DNA from: the human T2T-CHM13v2.0 reference genome, Homo sapiens | Length of the DNA: 64,000 nucleotides | Reading direction: 5' to 3' (one strand) | NCBI RefSeq assembly: GCF_009914755.1 | Contig: NC_060939.1 | Shown here: positions 59,330 to 64,000 of the stretch, one piece after another | Layout: every line of letters starts with the position of its first letter | Numbering within the stretch: the first letter of the stretch is position 1 | Program-made: the position numbers and the translations under genes | Notes under the pieces: model-generated | Told to the model about the DNA's origin: nothing | Seen by the model: the letters and a program-made list of their open reading frames with translations, nothing else | Databases searched by the model: none

Positions 59330-60379
59330 CACCCTGTGGAGGGATGGCACCTGCTGTTTTGAGCTGTGAGCTCCGTGGGGGTTCCCTCACCCTCCCCACT
59401 GTTCTCCCACTTGCTTCATTTCATCTATAATTTGTCTCCACTGCTATAATCTCAGTGACAGGACACAGAGTGCCTGCCTAAGATTCCCCAGAAAGATGAG
59501 TCCAGAAAAAAGATTTACAACAAAAGAAATCAACTCATACTTGGAATCTTAGCATATCGCTTCATCCCAAGAGACCAATCTTTCATTTTTTTAATTAATT
59601 AATTATTTTTTGAGACAGGTTCTTGCTCTGTCGCCCAGGCTGGAGTGCAATGGCACGATCTTGGCTTACCACAACCTTGGCTGATCCTTCCATCTCAGCC
59701 TCCCAAGTAGCTGAGACTACAGGCATGCACCACCAGGCCCAGCTAATTTTTGTACTTTTTGTAGAGATGGAGTTTTGCCTTGTTGCCCAGGCTGATCTCA
59801 AATTCCTGAGCTCCAGCAATCCACCCACCTCAGCCTCCTAAAGTGCTGGGATTACAGGCATGAGCCACCATGCCTGGCCTATTTCTTGAATTAAAAAAAA
59901 AATTCTTTTTGACAATCATAGCTCACTGCAGCCTCAAACTCCTGGGCTTAAGTGATCCTCCTGTCTTAGCCTCTGGAGTAGCTAGAACTATGGGCGTACA
60001 CCACCATGCCTGGCTAATTTTAAATATTTTGTAGAGACAGGGTCTTCCTGTGTGGCCCAGGCTGGTAGGACCAATCATTGTAACATCAGAAATTTCACAA
60101 TGAGTTGAAGTGGCAAAGCTCTGGTTCTTCACAAGCTTGCAGGGCAAAGTGATATCAAACAATGATCCACATGGGTGGAAGGGGATCACACCCCAAAGCA
60201 GAATGTCGATGATCAACCTAGAAGGCAACACACTATAGAGCTAGTGTGGAGAACACACTGTGGTCTACACTGTGCCCTGCTCTTGCATCCATCCCCACGG
60301 GGAGTCTGACCCAGACACAGGCCCTGCTATGGGGGAGCAAGGCAGAACCCGTAGGCAAGGGTGAGCCGTGCCAGGCTCA

Positions 60380-60694
<315 letters not shown>

Positions 60695-61139
60695 TCAAAA
60701 TAAACAAATAAATAAAATAAAATAACAAAAGACAGTTCCCAGAAGAAGGGAACTGAGCTATGAGACATCCTTTGAATGCATCACTTGACCAAGGGTTGAG
60801 AACACCCACCTCATGCTGGAGAAGTTGGCAGAATGCAGGTGACATAAAGGCATGGAGGGGCAGGGTGCGGTGGCTCACCCTGTAATCCCAGCATTTTGGG
60901 AGGCTGAGGCAGGCGGAACACCTGAGGTCAGGAATTCGAGACCAGCCTGGCCAGGATGGTGAGACCCCATCTCCACTAAAAATACAAAAATTAGCCGGGC
61001 GTGGTAGCGAGTGCCTGTAATCCCAGCTACTCAGGAGGCTGAGGCAGGAGAATCGCTTGAAACTGGGAGGTTTCAAGCAGTGAGCCAACATTGCGCCACT
61101 GCACTCCAGCCTGGGCGACAAGGGCAAAACTCCATCTCA

Positions 61140-61170
<31 letters not shown>

Positions 61171-61209
61171 AGGCACGGAGAGTAATATGCACAGATAGGG
61201 TACACCTAA

Positions 61210-61575
<366 letters not shown>

Positions 61576-61635
61576 TAGTAGAGATGGGGTTTCACCATGT
61601 TAGCCAGGATGGTCTCGATCTCCTGACCTTCGTGA

Positions 61636-62013
<378 letters not shown>

Positions 62014-62058
62014 CTATGTGAAAGAAATGCATTCAGGGAGTACAGATTACTTGGCTAG

Positions 62059-62310
<252 letters not shown>

Positions 62311-62585
62311 TAGCCAGGATGGTCTCGATCTCCTGACCTCATGATCCGCCCACCTCAGCCTCCCAAAGTGCTGGGATTACAGGCGTGAGCCACTGTGCCT
62401 GGCTCTATTATTATTTTTTTAAGAGTCAGGATCTCACTCTGTTGCCCAGGCTGGAGTGCAGTGGTGTGATCATAGCTTACTGCAGCCTCCAACTTTAGGG
62501 CTCAATTGATCCTCCCACCTCAGCCTCATGAGAATAGCTGGGATTACAGGTGCATGCCACCATACCTGCCTAATTTTTTTTTTTA

Positions 62586-62816
<231 letters not shown>

Positions 62817-64000
62817 TCAGGAGGCTGAGGCGGGAGAATTGCTTGAACCCGAGAGGTGGAGGTTACAGTGAGATGAGATTGCACCGCTGTGCTCCAGCCT
62901 GGGTGACAATAACAACAACAACAAACTCATTTCTTCAATAAAATTCAAGAATGCACATGCACTGAGGCTTTTGTTTCCAAGCAAGATGACAGGACTAATC
63001 GCACTGACCGCCACAGCCACACACACAAATATCTGATGGGGTAACTTTATAAACACAGCATGGGACATCCAGACAATGGACTATTACTCAGTACTAAAAA
63101 TGGAGCCTTTTCAAGCAAGCCTTGAAAAGATGCAGAGGAAACATTACTAAGAGCCAACCTGAACGTTGCTACCTACTGTATAGCACGCTGTGTGAGTCCA
63201 ACATTCTGAAAAGCCAAAAACCCGGGAGACAGAAGAAAGATCAGGGGTTGCCAGGACTTAGGGGGAGGGAGGGAGGAACGGCAGAGCACACGGAGGATTT
63301 TTCCAGCAGTGAAACTCTTCTGTACGACACTGCAAAGATGGATCACTGTCACTCTATGTTGGCCAAAAGCTGCAGAATACACAAGTACAAGAATGAACCC
63401 TAATGGGAACTATGGACTCTGGGTGATAATGATGTGTCAGGTAAGTTCCTCAATTATAAAAAAAAAAAAAAAATGCGCCAGGTGCGATGGCTCATGCCTG
63501 TAATCCCAGCACTTTGGGAGCCCGAGGCAGGCAGATCACAAGGCCAGGGATTGAGACCAGCCTGGCCAACGTGGTGAAACCCCATCTCTACTAAAAATAC
63601 AAAAATTAGCCAGGCGTGGTGGGGCACACCTGTAGTCCCAGCTACTCAGGAGGCTGAGGCAGAAGAATCACTTGAACCCAGGAGGCGGAGGTTGCAGTGA
63701 GCCGAGATCACGCCACTGTCCTCCAGCCTAGGCAACAGAGCAAGACTCCGTCTCAAAAAAAAAAAAAAAAAAAAAAAGGGCCAGGTGCAGTGGCTTACAC
63801 TTGTAATCCCAGCACTTTAGAGGCCAAGGCAGGTGGATGGCTTGAGCTCAGGAGTTTGAGACCAGCCTGGGCAACATAGTGAAACCCCTCTCTACCAAAA
63901 ATACATGGTGGTGGCATGTGCCTTTAAGCCCAGCTACTTGGGAGGCTGAGGTGGGAAGATGGCTTGATACTGGGAGGCAGAAGTTGAAGTGAGCTGAGAT

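Overview
Primate (human-like) genomic DNA with no intact protein-coding gene. The right half (~32.1-64 kb) is very Alu-dense and holds an unprocessed, intron-containing duplicate of RHPN2 (rhophilin-2) on the minus strand. Nine exons (equivalent to RHPN2 exons 7-15) are present, with lengths that chain in frame. Two lesions disable it: an AG>GG acceptor change at exon 11 and a TAG in exon 12, alongside many CpG-decay substitutions. It is best read as a segmental-duplication pseudogene (RHPN2P1 or a sister copy). Its 3'UTR appears to end at an orphan Alu tail (~32064), the likely duplicon junction. The left half is more AT-rich with fewer Alus: a 5'-truncated, disrupted L1PA7/8-like element, a 5'-truncated older SVA with no visible TSD, solo LTRs, and L2, MIR and DNA-transposon remnants. 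The most unusual structure is a ~140-bp inverted repeat (11729-11871 / 12522-12660, 650-bp spacer) in which each arm carries half of a MADE1 (Hsmar1 MITE). Most ORFs in the track are Alu, L1, SVA or simple-repeat artefacts. I found no convincing new biological system. Repeat subfamily names and comparisons to RHPN2 come from recalled consensus sequences, not database searches.
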